Source: Amoebophrya sp. A120
Taxonomy: Eukaryota > Protista > Dinoflagellata
DNA length: 64,000 bases
Assembly (NCBI GenBank): GCA_905178155.1
Contig: CAJINV010000018.1
Location: 1,178,501-1,242,500 of the forward strand
Direction of reading: 5' to 3'
A model generated the notes under the pieces. That model worked only from the letters and a program-made list of their open reading frames with translations. It was not told the DNA's origin and did no database searches. The position numbers and the translations under genes were made by a program. The stretch's first letter is position 1, and each line of letters begins with the position of its first letter. Below, piece by piece: positions 36,675 to 48,710 of the stretch.

Positions 36675-38479
36675 TCATTCCCCTGACGCCCCTGCCCACG
36701 TAGAAGAAGTCGCACCGCTCCCACTATTTGCCCCGGCGTGCACGGAGAGCCCGGCGCAGTGCTCGATTTTGTTCCACAGAGCCTCAGCGCAGAACTCATC
36801 CGGGATCGCCGTCAAATCAAACGCGGACACGCGATCCAATGACACGTACCCCTTCACGCCCTGGCTCACCACCGGCGGCGCGCCAGCCGCCGCACCGGTG
36901 GCGGAGTTGCCGCTGGGGTCCTCCTATGGATTGCAAATATGTCTAGGAGGTCTGGAAAGTTGTCATGCGAAAAGCTGTTTTCATCACACACAGCCAAGCA
37001 TAAGAAGGTGTTTTCATGCCTGTGTGCTGCGCATTGTGCATGGCAGAGTCAGTGCGTTATTTTCGCATGACAAACACGTGGGGCCATTCGCTCGAGAGCA
37101 TGACACAGAGTTCAGAGGCATGTCAGGCAAGCATGACAAACGGTCATGCACTTTTCCAGACCCAGACAGATTTGCATTTCACACCGCCCAGCGAATGCCC
37201 GTGGCTTGTTTGTACAGTTTATCAAATGCAAATATGTCTGGCTCTGGAAGACTACGCGACTTTTGGTGCAGGTTTTCCATGACCCAGGAGGCCTGGACTG
37301 CAGGACCTAGCATGGCAGACTCTGTGAGTAGATCTCTATCATGCCTATTCTGCATGAGAAACTCCCCCTCTTCACCTTGGTCAAAAATAAATGGACGCCG
37401 GCTTTTGGCACTTTTCATGCAACACAAATTCTTGCACGATTCAGATGTAGCATGACAAGTTGCTATGTTCCGGAACCACGACACACCTTTGCACTTGATA
37501 CAGTTGGTACTTCTTCCGGTGCAGGAATTTCCGCCACCGCTTCTCCGAAGCGGAATATTTCTGTTGCTCCCGGGCAGTGTAGACCTTTTATTTATTTTTT
37601 GCGGGGATGTTGTAAGAAGAATCGAAGATCTGACTTAATTGTTGCATTACTCGGTTGCGTTGTTCGTTATGCATGCTAAAAACTTCTACAGGAAGAAGTA
37701 AAACTTTACCTCTCTGCGCACTTCGTCGACCTGCAGACGGAGATCCGTCTCCTTTGTTTGCAAGGCTAGCACGGTCTGCTGGAGCTCCGCCTTCTTCTTC
37801 TGCATGGCTATGATCCGCTCCTGCATGCGCACCTCCGACGCAGACCACAGGTGCCGCTTGCCCCCGGTCGGGCCAGAAGGAGCGGTTGCTGCACCGTCAT
37901 CATGCCCACCTTCACGACCCGGTTGCGCTGCGGCAGCAGAGCTTTGCTTCATTTCCTCTTCGCCCCGGTTTATTTGCGAGAAAAACCCGGCCTGCATGTC
38001 CATTTCCCTTTGCTTCGCTTCATTCTCCGAAACCAGCTCCTTCACCTCCTTTCGCAGTTTTTTAATATTCGTCATCGCCGATCGCACATCCTGCAGGTCG
38101 TGGAGGTCGCGGAGAGCGTCGTCGACCTCCTGGGCCAGGTTGGAGTTGCTGCTGGAGGAAGAGGATCAAATGCAAAAATGTCTGGGTCTGGAAACTTGTA
38201 ATGCTAAAAGTGAACGATAGACGCACTGCAATACGCAGCTACGCATGACAAATTTTGCGGCTGCCATGTCTTACGTATTCCGCATGGCAAACTGCGTTTT
38301 TGCATGACAGGCAAGATGGCCTTTTCGTGCCTATGCAACACAGATTCTCGAGTCATGCCAGACAAGCATGACAAACTTGCATTCTTCCAGACCCAGACAT
38401 TTTTGCATTTTGATAAAGACGTGGACGCCCCTAGAACCGTGGAAGCGTTAGCAGTAGTAGCACCTGCAGCTTCTGCCAT
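36675..38479 (-). CDS. Spc24-like kinetochore (Ndc80 complex) protein; 3 IEs
   Basis: N-terminal coiled coil, then QLYKQATGIRW..VKGYVS..VSAFDL..FCAEALW, resembling the Spc24 C-terminal domain. Confidence 0.55.
36925..37183. mobile_element. IE, family A (diverged)
   Basis: CCTCC/CCGCC repeat; right end ACA. Confidence 0.82.
37220..37500. mobile_element. IE, family A
   Basis: CAGTT direct repeat; removal gives KYQLYKQ. Confidence 0.88.
38164..38415. mobile_element. IE, family A
   Basis: AAGAG/AAGAC repeat; left end GAT. Confidence 0.85.
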
Positions 38480-38989
38480 CTTTTAGTAATGGAGCTGTGC
38501 TGATTAGTATTCTTTTTACGGCCATAAACAAAGACCTCTCGTCTCCTCACCCTGTGTGCCTATCAATATCACCGAAAGTAGTACTTCATTCACCACAGGA
38601 CAGCCATAACCTCAACATCGGGAATACCTACTTAGAACAAGACCTTTGATATATGGTTCGAGTTTATCTTTCACAAAACTCTTTCGATTCGTCAAGCGTG
38701 TTCTTTTTTCGACAAACCGACTGCTAACCGCGAGCGACTCCGCGTGCGTTAGTACAACCAGCTGCCCTTTTGGCAAGAACTTTTTCTCTAGCGATATTTC
38801 GTCTGCTCGAAACACATTTGCGGCGCGATCCTCGCTCAAGCGGTTCTACAGATAGTATTAACGACGTGCTCCCTACACAAGACGGAGTTCAAGAACAAAA
38901 CAAGAAAACACTCTAGCGAAAGACGCCAATAGCGAGTCGTTCACCTTCCGTCGGCTAGCAGCACAGACGACAATACCACATGGGTTATC

Positions 38990-39096
38990 CATCATTTTTT
39001 TCCAGTTGCACAAGTGTCCTCACGTCATCTATCATCAAGAGACGGAGAAAGAACTGACACTGTGTCTCTGGACAAACGGCAAAAGCGGAACGGTTA
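38990..39096. repeat. ~105-bp dispersed direct repeat, copy 1
   Basis: Shares CCAGTTGCACAAGTGTCCTCACGTCATC..GAGACGGAGAAAGAACTG.CACTGTGTCTCTGG with 42713-42820. Confidence 0.85.
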
Positions 39097-40995
39097 TCGC
39101 TTGTCGTGTGATTTGATGATAAGTGCAAACCGACCTTTATCTTCTGCCGCGGTTAGTTCTTCATCGATATTCGCATAATGAATAACATTCTACGAAGTAC
39201 ATAAACAAAGTAGTTGAGAAAAAGAAAAAGCAAAATGAAATTAGGAAAAATAACACAGGGCAGGCGCTTCATAATCAGTCGCCTTCTTGTTTTCAGTATC
39301 GCTCGGGAGAACCGGCCTGCACACAGGTTACATTGAGCCGCGCAGCGTTCTTGCAGAAAACTTGCCCGGAAAAAGCAGTCAGCGCGCTCACCCCTCGGCG
39401 AGGAAGTTGCTGTCTTTTTCAAAGCGATGTTGATTTTGTTTGAAAAAAGTCGCAAAAAATACAGCTAAAAAGAGGTCCTGAGCTAAAAATAGCTGAAAAA
39501 AAGAGTTCCTGAGCTAAAAAAAAGAGTTCCTTGATGCATGCAACCAAACTCCAATAGCTCTGGTCACTACTTCGCTTTCGCTGGTAAAAAAACTAGGAAA
39601 GCGCAAAATAAAGAATCGAAAAATTTGACAGTGCCTTCGCTAGAAACGAGATTGTGGTCGGGAATAAAAAGCGGTGAGAAACGCAAAGCAAGGAGCACGC
39701 TCTTGCTCGCGTTGTGGAGATATTAGAAAAGCTGTACCTTGATGAACGAAAGTCGCATATGTCGACGAACGAAGTCAGACAATGTGTTAACATCAAATAT
39801 ATCATGGGAGTACTATTCAGCGTTGATATTCACGAAGCAAACTAAGTAAAAATGCTCTATACGCACATATCTTCGGCCTACTGTACTGTGTATCTATGAA
39901 TTTACGTTTAAGTACCTATGTGGAGCAATATTCAGCGTAGATATCGCAGGATTTACCACGACAATGCGAAGTAAGAATGCTGCTCGATCATCGGCCTACT
40001 GTGCTAGTATGTGTATGTAGTAATCATGAAGCTCTGATATCTATGTTCTTGAAGCGACTATTCACCGTTCTTGCTTTGGTCCAAAGCTTTTCATCGGACA
40101 CGTCTCACGCGTCCGGGGGTGGAGAAAATGCACTTCCAAAGTGCCATCTTCTGCCCGACGGTGTGGAAAGAAGCTGAACCACTAAAAGTAGTAATTCGAA
40201 ATTCCTTGCAGCTCCTGATCTGAAAATAGAGAAACGGGACATCGAGCACCCCGAAGGCTGGCTGTGAAAATCAGCATCGCGCGCCGTATTGCTCTGCAGT
40301 TAAAGTTATCAGTATCTCTAGGCTTATTTTGCAGCGAGAGCATTTTACGATTCCCGCAGACCAAAACACGCTTCTGGAAAGCGAAGACTTGCACGTCGAA
40401 CCGAGCTTCCATTTCCAATATAGGTAGCTCGGACGAGGAAACTAGTTCTAGTAGGAGTACTATCTCGCAAATAAAGCAAACAAAAAAGAACAAATGGGAG
40501 CACCAGAGCAACAAATAGCTAGCAAAAATAAACAAGAGGAAAAGATAAATGTGAGCATCAAGTGCTTCTTCGATTCAGAAAAGCAAAACATGGAATTTGC
40601 CAAATGCCGAGCTGCAACATGGAGGTTGCCATAAAGATAAACCAGACTACACTAAACGAATCGTTAACTACACTACCCCACACAACATCATAATGTGGGG
40701 GGAAAAAATCACGGGCAGAGCCAGAACAAATTTGAGGTTTCCACGTCATGTTGTTAACTATCGCATGACAAACCGCTCGAACTTATGATGTTGCGGCAGG
40801 TTTGTTGGTTCTCATCTGTGTTTAGTTTCATTGCCGATCAATTCAAATATCTTGAATAGCAAGCTGCTTCCCCGCATGATAAAGTAAACATCGATTTAAT
40901 GCATCTATCCTGCTGGTGTCCCCACGCGGTGCAGCTGCACCTTACACCACACAAAAGATCCCGACCCCCAGAGGACGACACATTTGCAGGTGATA

Positions 40996-41240
40996 CGACG
41001 GGCGCGCCGAACTCCTGTGCGAACTGTATCCACAGTAAATTTCCTGTACATGTACAAACGCAGTCTCTGCATGACAAAACTTGCCTTCAATCCTAGTGTA
41101 GCATGACAAGTTGGACACTGCAAGTTAGCGAAATTTGTCATGCATTTTATACATGTACAGGAAATTTACATTGCATAAACTGACGCTTCATGTCACCGAT
41201 GGTGAAATTCTCGGGCACCTCGAAGAAGAAGTCGAGTATC
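40996..41240 (-). CDS. Exons of a probable ubiquitin-like-domain protein; gene limits unresolved
   Basis: Joined across the 41027 IE: ILDFFFEVPENFTIGDMKRQFAQEFGAPV, followed by another IE-type end at 40995. Confidence 0.45.
41027..41177. mobile_element. IE, family J (TIR TATSCA..GTAAATTTCCTGTACATGTA)
   Basis: AACTG direct repeat; homologous to the ends of 54920-55803. Confidence 0.88.
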
Positions 41241-42712
41241 CTATGCAAAAATCTTCTCACATCGCACTCAAAGAGCTTTGTGATTTTTTATATGCATGAC
41301 AAATCTTGACGCTTTTTTTTCTTTCCTGTTCCTAGTCCACTACATTTTTCCCGTAGCTGCATGACAAGGGTGTAAGTAAGTAAGGAACAACGGGCTCCTG
41401 TGCGCGGTCAGGCACTTTTTATTTTCCTTTTTGCAACCAAAAAACAGCAATGCACTGGCGCCGCGGAAGATGCGATGTTTTTTCTTGCGTATCAACGAAC
41501 TCCGAGCGCTGGTTCAACATAGTGCCCACGCACATCACAGTCGCATGTTGAGCTGCCATCTTGTATAGTGTACCTTGCTCAACCTTTCGGTGAAGTGAAC
41601 AAAGTGTGTAGAGTAGTGGTTTTAGCGTTATTTTTTCACACCTCAAGAGGAAGTGGAAGAAACGCGAAGAAGAAAGTTTTCGGCTGTACTGGCAAAAGCC
41701 AAACGTAACTACCTGCCTGTAATGTTTTTTTGGTTGGATTGGAAGAAATTCATGCGTTTACATATCCTTCTACCTCCCTCGAAGAGAAGAAATAAAGCAG
41801 GAACAGCAAATCATCATCATACATAATGCAAAGGAGAGAAAATCAGGATCGGAGTCGAAAGCTGTGATCTGAAGAAGATCCAAACCAAGACGGGGACCGT
41901 AACGAAAGCGAAAACACGATGATCGGTCAGCGGAGCAAACAGAATGAGAAAAAACAAAAGACCTGTCATGGATCGAAGCTAATGGCTTGTGCTCAACCTC
42001 GACGTCTGTCACGCCGTCGTGTGCTTTGACAAAGGGAAAAAAAAAGTACGCGCGACACCGACCGAGATAAGATAGTAGTTTTCCTGATCCCGAAGTCACC
42101 ATCTGCCGCCGATGGGCAGCTGTTGTAGAACTAATAGGGCATGTCGTGATGAAGGAACTTGCTACAGGGGTAGCTGGAAAGATGATAGATCAGGAATTGG
42201 CGAAAGAAGAACACATTTTTGGCTGACACTTAGGGGCCAGCCTTTTCCTGGTCTGTTTTCGAAGTCTTGACATCTATTTACGCTGTCGTTCTTTTGCGAA
42301 AGGATAAGGCGTTGTAGTTGAAATCGAGCAAGAAAACAGTCCAAAGAACAAAAAGGAGAAAAAGATATCATTAGATATTGTATGTTTGGTTTTATTCAAT
42401 TTGGCACTTACGTAGACTCAGTTTCCTTTTTAAGGTTTGGACTCTTGCTACGACATGCGCTTCATGATCACGAGAGAGAATTCAAATTCGCAACACGGAG
42501 GACGCTTTAGGGCCTTGAACCCGTGACGCCATGCTCGGGTATGGAAAGAAAAAGCGTCGCGACGGGAGCGCGCAATCGGCAAAGAGGAGCTACCCGAAAG
42601 CTGGCGTCGTATGAGTCGTCTTCTACGTTTATCACTTTCTAGGCACACTCTACTACACAAATCAGCGATAAAGTGCTCAGATTCTGTACGTTTGGACCAG
42701 CATCTGGACCAG

Positions 42713-42820
42713 CATCATTTTTCTCCAGTTGCACAAGTGTCCTCACGTCATCCTCAACATAGGAGACGGAGAAAGAACTGCCACTGTGTCTCTGGGCAAA
42801 CCACGGAAGCGAACGGTTTA
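42713..42820. repeat. ~105-bp dispersed direct repeat, copy 2
   Basis: Matches 38990-39096; followed by TTTAGGGTTTCGGGTT. Confidence 0.85.
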
Positions 42821-45008
42821 GGGTTTCGGGTTCGAAACTTCGCTTCGCGAAAAAGTAAAAAATTCAGCCTCACTGCCACAATGATGAAAAGAAAAAAACA
42901 CAACCAATTCAAGCGGGGCAAAGTGGGCCAAGACGCCCCGACGAGGGCGGGAAGATATTAACCGAGAATCACTACTGGTCTTCATACTATTAGACAGCGG
43001 GTGGGGTAGTACCCGCATGTTTTTCTATGTCACCGCTTTATGTTACAGAAACAAATTCAAAAGCGGCTCTACCGATAGATTTACCACAGAGAGAATAAAG
43101 TAATCTGCACGAGGACTGTTGCGATACACTCGGCGACTAGAGTTGACGCTTACAATCAGTCGACGCCCCCTGCATAGCTTCCGCACAACATCTTCTTGCG
43201 TTACTACTATTGAGGCCGACTCCGTACCACCGAAACTGCTCCCCCGAGCAGTAGGCTGATACTTTAGTCGGCCAGTAAACCACGCTAGCCAGCAACCCAA
43301 TTTGATCTACGTTCACTTTCGACGATCACCCAAATCTTCAGAAAAACAAGCTTAAGTCATGGCCATACAGCAAAATAAATAGCCCTTTGCGTTAGCTATG
43401 CCACTACTTATACCCCAGTCCTTCGACGAGCCACGAGTTTACTGCCTTAATCTACTTTCGACAGAGCCTACTGGGTTGTTGCCAATCTTAAAGAGTCGAA
43501 CTTTTTTGAAAACGCTGTCAGAAAACTGTCTGCTGTAAAGATCCAGGAAAACCGGGGGCGTAGCTTTTCGAAATGCCCCAACTTTTCTTGGGGATTACGG
43601 TGTAAGCACCCTGGAGAAGTTCCAGAAACATGGCTGTGGGCAAACCAGAGGAAGAGGAGGGCAAAACTGTATATCCAGTGGCGGAATAAGCACTAAACTA
43701 CAACTCCGGTAGTTTCAGTATCGTCATAAGCGCTGGTAAAAAGTTAGATCAATCTACAGGCACCCTAGTATGTCTCCTCAGAGTTGTGGGAGACTCAGAT
43801 ATCAAGTGTAACCAGGCGCGCTAAAAGTTTGGAAAGGAAAAAAAGGGTGAAAGTGCTGGCGTTTAAGCATCACACGGCAGCAAAAGCGACCGCTTTCAAT
43901 CGTAACCAGGCGGACCCCACCATGTATGGTGAGGAAAGAAATAGCGAATGCCGGCGCTTGAGACTAGTACAGCTCAAAAACGACAGTTTGCAGTCGTAAC
44001 CAGATGTGCTAGATGGTCTTTGTCAAGCAAAAGGACGATACACCAATGTTTTGTAAAGAAAAGCACAGCCAAAAGCAAAGCGGAGAGCAAGGTCGTGCGG
44101 AGGTTTGTTTCTTTGGACTACAGTTAGAAAGCAAAATAGAAACTAGCTGCGCGCTTTTTCTTCATCTAGTAGTCCAAAGACCACTTTATTCGTTAGATTT
44201 GAAATACTCTGACGTGGCTGAGTGGGAAGTCCGACGTGACTGAGTGGGCAGCTACAACGAGACAGGAAACAGAGCTTCCCGAAGTGTGTATCGCTCCCTC
44301 ACACTACCGGTGAAACAAGAGCTATTGAAAACCACAGGCATGCTTCATATTTAGTTGGTAACTTTGAAGGCAGCACAGTGTAGTACACTTTGAAGCCAAA
44401 AACTAAGACTGACCGCCACGGTCAAGGACGGCTCCTGGGTTTAGAAATAACAGCTTGCCGCGACCTCATGTGAATGTGATACTCGTCACGACATAATGCG
44501 ATGTCACAACTGCCGAAAGGAAGCTTGCGGGTACGGGAAGCATCGCTACCATACCCGCAAGAACTTGCAAAAAAAAACCAAAAAAATTAGCTCCAGAAGC
44601 AAAGCAAAAAAATAGTTCAGGTGCGAGGGAAGACTTTACGTCATATCCCAAAAATTCAAAATTCATATCTACTAAAACTCTTCAAGAAAATGAAGAGCTT
44701 CCTTCGCAAAATAAAGTGTAGGTTGAAAAACTGTTAATGAGTGGCAGCCGAAGAAAGAGCCGCTGCTGGCCAATAGTAAAGGTCTCGCTGCTGCAGTGCC
44801 AGATCGAGATCCTGCCTTCCAAAAAAGCGAAAAAGCAGTGCAGAGCGCCGGCCCATTACGACCGGCCAAAGAAACGATAAATGCAGAAATCAAGAGTCTT
44901 TCTGAGGAAAATTTCATATCAAAATGGCAGAAAAGCCAACTAGACTAGCCGATACAAGCCAACTAGACGGTACGTCCCTTGTTGGTGGAAGATCATGGTT
45001 GTAAACGT

Positions 45009-46863
45009 CTACAATTCCCAAGACATCTTAGGGGCAGACTGGCAAAAGAAGAACGTAAGCAATAAGCTTAAAAACCACAATAACACGATTCCAGACCACA
45101 GCACCTTCTCACGCCGTTCCATGTTTCGTCCCGATACTGCACCTCCGAACCATATCGCCAACACTGTCGAGAACGGTACCGTCGCGCGTGGGGTGCCCGA
45201 CAGGGACGTGATCGAGGGGGTCGACGTCGCACTGTCCTCCACAGCGGCGGCGCGGTCGGTGTCACCGGTCGTGGCGTTGGGGACGGCGAGGGCTATCAAA
45301 TGTAAAAATGTCTGGGTCTGGAAGATTCTAAACTTTTAATGCTGTCTGGGAATTCAACAAAAAAATTGTATTGCATGACCAGTAAGAGGAGTAGACTTGG
45401 TGCTCCGCGGAGTGGGCATTTCTTATGAGGCACAGGCATCACAAAGTCCTCTAAAAATCGGTCATGCTAGGGCATGCATCACAGACATCATGGGCCATTC
45501 AAAATCTGCATCACAAGTCTTGCATTCTTCCAGACCGACCCAGACATATTTACATTTGATAAGGGCGGCGCCCCGGACATGCACGGAGGCCTCCACGGCG
45601 GCGAGGATGTACCGGACGGCTTTTTTGGGCGGTATCCTGCGTAAAAACGGGGCCCACACCCCATAGTCAAGACGGGGAATCGGCTAGACAAATCCACAAG
45701 TTTTGCGTGTCTTGCATGACAGATTTTTTGGTCTCGTAGTGTACCAGTCGCGTAGTTTAGCTAGTGCAGCAACATCACAGATATAGCTTACCATGCTGAT
45801 TTGAGCGCGACAAATCTCAAAACACCGCCAGAAACTGCTTCTCATGGGGCTCCGCACGAGAGACATTTTATGCATGCAGATTTCCATTACAACTCTTGGG
45901 TGGGGACGTTTTTACAAATGATAGGCGGCGCGGACTTCTTTTGCACCGCACGGACCAGTATGAAATGCAAATATGTCTGGGTCTGGAAACCTGTGATGGT
46001 AAAACGTGGATGATGGAAACAGTTCCGAACGCAACCCAGCATGACAACTCTGCAGAACGCTTTCTCATAGGCGACCCGCATGAGGGACTGCGTTTTTGCA
46101 TGCACATAAGAGCCTGCGACTCATGCCGGCTATGCAATGCAGATTTTCTAGGTATAGTGGAAAGCTAGCATTACAAGTTCCAACCTCCCAGGCCCACCCA
46201 GACACGTTTGCAACCCATAGCCAGTTTGTTAAAGCAGGTCATCAGATGGCCATCGTCGCTGTCCTCCGCGATGCCAAGGATGTAGGTCAGCACGCCCTGG
46301 TCCGCCCACAGTCTGTACTGCCACTTCTCGTCGCTGAGAGTCGCGACCGTGGGGAGCTATCAACTGTAAAAGTGTCTGGGTCTGGAAGGTTGGAACTTGT
46401 GATGCTAACTTCGGACTCTAAAAATTTCTGTTTTCCATGACCAGCAAGAGGAGTCCGGTTTGTGCTACGCGTGGAGGGCATTTGTCATGCGAAATAGGCA
46501 TCAGGAAGGCCTCTGAAAATCTGTGATGCTAGGGCTTCCATGACAGACATTCTGTGTCATGCAAAAACAGCATAACAAATTTCGGATTCTTCCAGACCCA
46601 GGCACTTTTGCAATCGATATGAACATGATGTCGCAGTACCGGTGGAACTCACGGACACCGGTGGCCGGGTCCGCCGTGACAATCGTATGCGAGGGAAAAA
46701 AACGGGCTCGTGACAAGGAAGAAAAAGCACTTTTGATCACCAGCCTGGGCGTCGGGCCACTTGCGAGACAAGTAGATACAACGGACTCTTCTGCGCACAT
46801 GCTAGACAAGTTTTCTACTTCCGCAAGATCATCAGCTCCAGATGAAGTACCAAGCTTGTTCAC
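45009..46863 (-). CDS. Hypothetical protein with 4 IEs; weak resemblance to a longin or adaptor small chain
   Basis: Continuous frame after IE removal (..KWQYRLWADQGVLTYILGIAED..KKAVRYILAAVEASVH..); ends uncertain. Confidence 0.55.
45294..45561. mobile_element. IE, family A
   Basis: AGGGC direct repeat. Confidence 0.88.
45633..45923. mobile_element. IE, family B
   Basis: GGCGG direct repeat. Confidence 0.88.
45959..46219. mobile_element. IE, family A
   Basis: ACCAG/GCCAG repeat. Confidence 0.86.
46358..46619. mobile_element. IE, family A
   Basis: GGAGC/TGAAC diverged repeat; frame restored. Confidence 0.85.
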
Positions 46864-47213
46864 ATGCTTCTTTACGGGAAGAAGAACAAGACGTCAGAGC
46901 GGCTGGGGTTGATTGTTCAAAATATTGGCCAATCTCAATTTCTTGGCGCGAACCGCGTCCATTTTGTCTCTTCATACTTGTCCAAATTGAAAACTTCGTA
47001 TCGGAGTTGCCTCCCGAGGACCTGTTGTGTAGTTAAAGAATTCGTGATTGATGTGGGTACTATTATATCTTTCCAGCACAGGAGCATGGCAGTTTTGCTG
47101 CAAGGTTGAAAAAGGATAGCTGATTGTCCAAGATGAAGAACCAGCTCTGATCTACTGCACTAATAAATCATATAATATGGCGACTGGTAAGTATCAGAAG
47201 AGACTTTCGTTCT

Positions 47214-47600
47214 TTATACCACAGTGTCATCCGTGGACGACAAGGTCCTGATGGAACCCCCGCCCATGCCGTTCGGTAAAGCGGCCGCATTCTGCTGCAT
47301 CCTCAAGTCGTACGCGAGATTCTCCCGCGCAATGTGGTCGGCCAAGGGATCGCTCTGCAGCCGGTCGGCCTCGTTGGCACCGAAGACCAAGTTCACGAAA
47401 CTCCCGTTTGGCACGGCGAAGGCTCGATTGTCACAGGAAGCGGGCAAGAACTCCTCCTTCGCGACTCCCTGATCCAGGATAAGGAACGACTTCTGGCGCG
47501 AACTCGGGACCGCGGTGGCACGCGCAAAATCGTCCTTCAAATCGCGCACCGTGTATCGGGGCGTCATCTGTAACTCAAAAGCTGTTCGGTGATCGTTATT
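47214..47600 (-). CDS. Last exon of a ubiquitin-like-domain protein; upstream exons probably extend to ~48340
   Basis: FELQMTPRYTVRDLKDDFARATAVPSSRQKSFLI, a UBL-type pattern. Confidence 0.5.
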   Translation of the reverse strand, partial: NNDHRTAFELQMTPRYTVRDLKDDFARATAVPSSRQKSFLILDQGVAKEEFLPASCDNRAFAVPNGSFVNLVFGANEADRLQSDPLADHIARENLAYDLRMQQNAAALPNGMGGGSIRTLSSTDDTVV

Positions 47601-48074
47601 GATCATGGCAGTGGCGTGAGTCACGCGCTGTGTGTAGTGGTTATGTCGCATCATTTTCAAAAATTATACGTGCAGCGTTGCAGTATAATTTGCTGGCAGC
47701 AGATTTTTGATAGGTATTTCAAATTGGGTTGGAAACCGATGTTTATAGCAAAGAAAGATCCTTTTGAAGAAAGTCGAACGGTCAGACGTAAAAACAAGTA
47801 TTCCAGCACTCGGTGGTACAAGCAATACGAGTTAGAAGGAAGTTTTGATTCGATTTTCTAGCCTTGCGGCACGAAAAACCTACCTGTGGGTTTTTTTGAA
47901 TTTGGGATTGATAAAGTCAAATTGTCAGTGGTAAATTGATGTTTCTTGGTCATCAAACGGCATTTTTGAAAAGTAGATCGAGCAAACACACAAAAGATAC
48001 CATACCGGATGATCGAACCAAGAGGCAAAAAAAATACCGGAATTCAAAAACGAAAATCAACTCAAAATATCATT

Positions 48075-48224
48075 TATGCATTGCAAAAGTATCGTACTAG
48101 TATAAATTGCATCACAAATTTTTTCGAAAGGGAAAATGAAATTTGTAATGCTGATTCAGCTAAAAAGGGATATTTGTCATGCATGATTGCAATTACTACG
48201 AGTACGATACTTTTGCACAGTGTA
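48075..48224. mobile_element. IE, family E
   Basis: TCATT direct repeat; right end GTA; exonic status uncertain. Confidence 0.83.
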
Positions 48225-48710
48225 TCATTGTGGATCTTGTGATCGCCCCCGGACGAAAATCCGGACAGAAAAAACAAGGAACCAACTTGGGCGTCTGGAT
48301 CGCTGTAGACAGGCTTCTTGGCCACCTTTCTCGCTGTGTCCAACTCCGACAGTCAAAAAAAAAAACGTGTCGTGCCTGACCGACTGCTGACCGAAATTAT
48401 CTTGTGACAGATATCCAACCGATCTCTGGACTTACTTTTGCGACCATGAGTTGTGTAGCTTCAAAGAATAGAACAAAATCGCGAACGCAAACGAAACACT
48501 CTTCTAATTGCGGGCGTACAAGGTGTCATGAGCGTATCTTACAACTTTGAAAAAGTTTATTGCGGGATGATTATGTCGTGCCTGGCTTCATATTCATAGG
48601 TGAGAAGACCATGCGCCTCATCGAATAAATGGAGCGTCTGCAGAATCTGCGCATCTTTAAAGCACCTTCAGTACAAGCAACAGACCTGCAGCTTCCCGTA
48701 CTTTTTTTCT

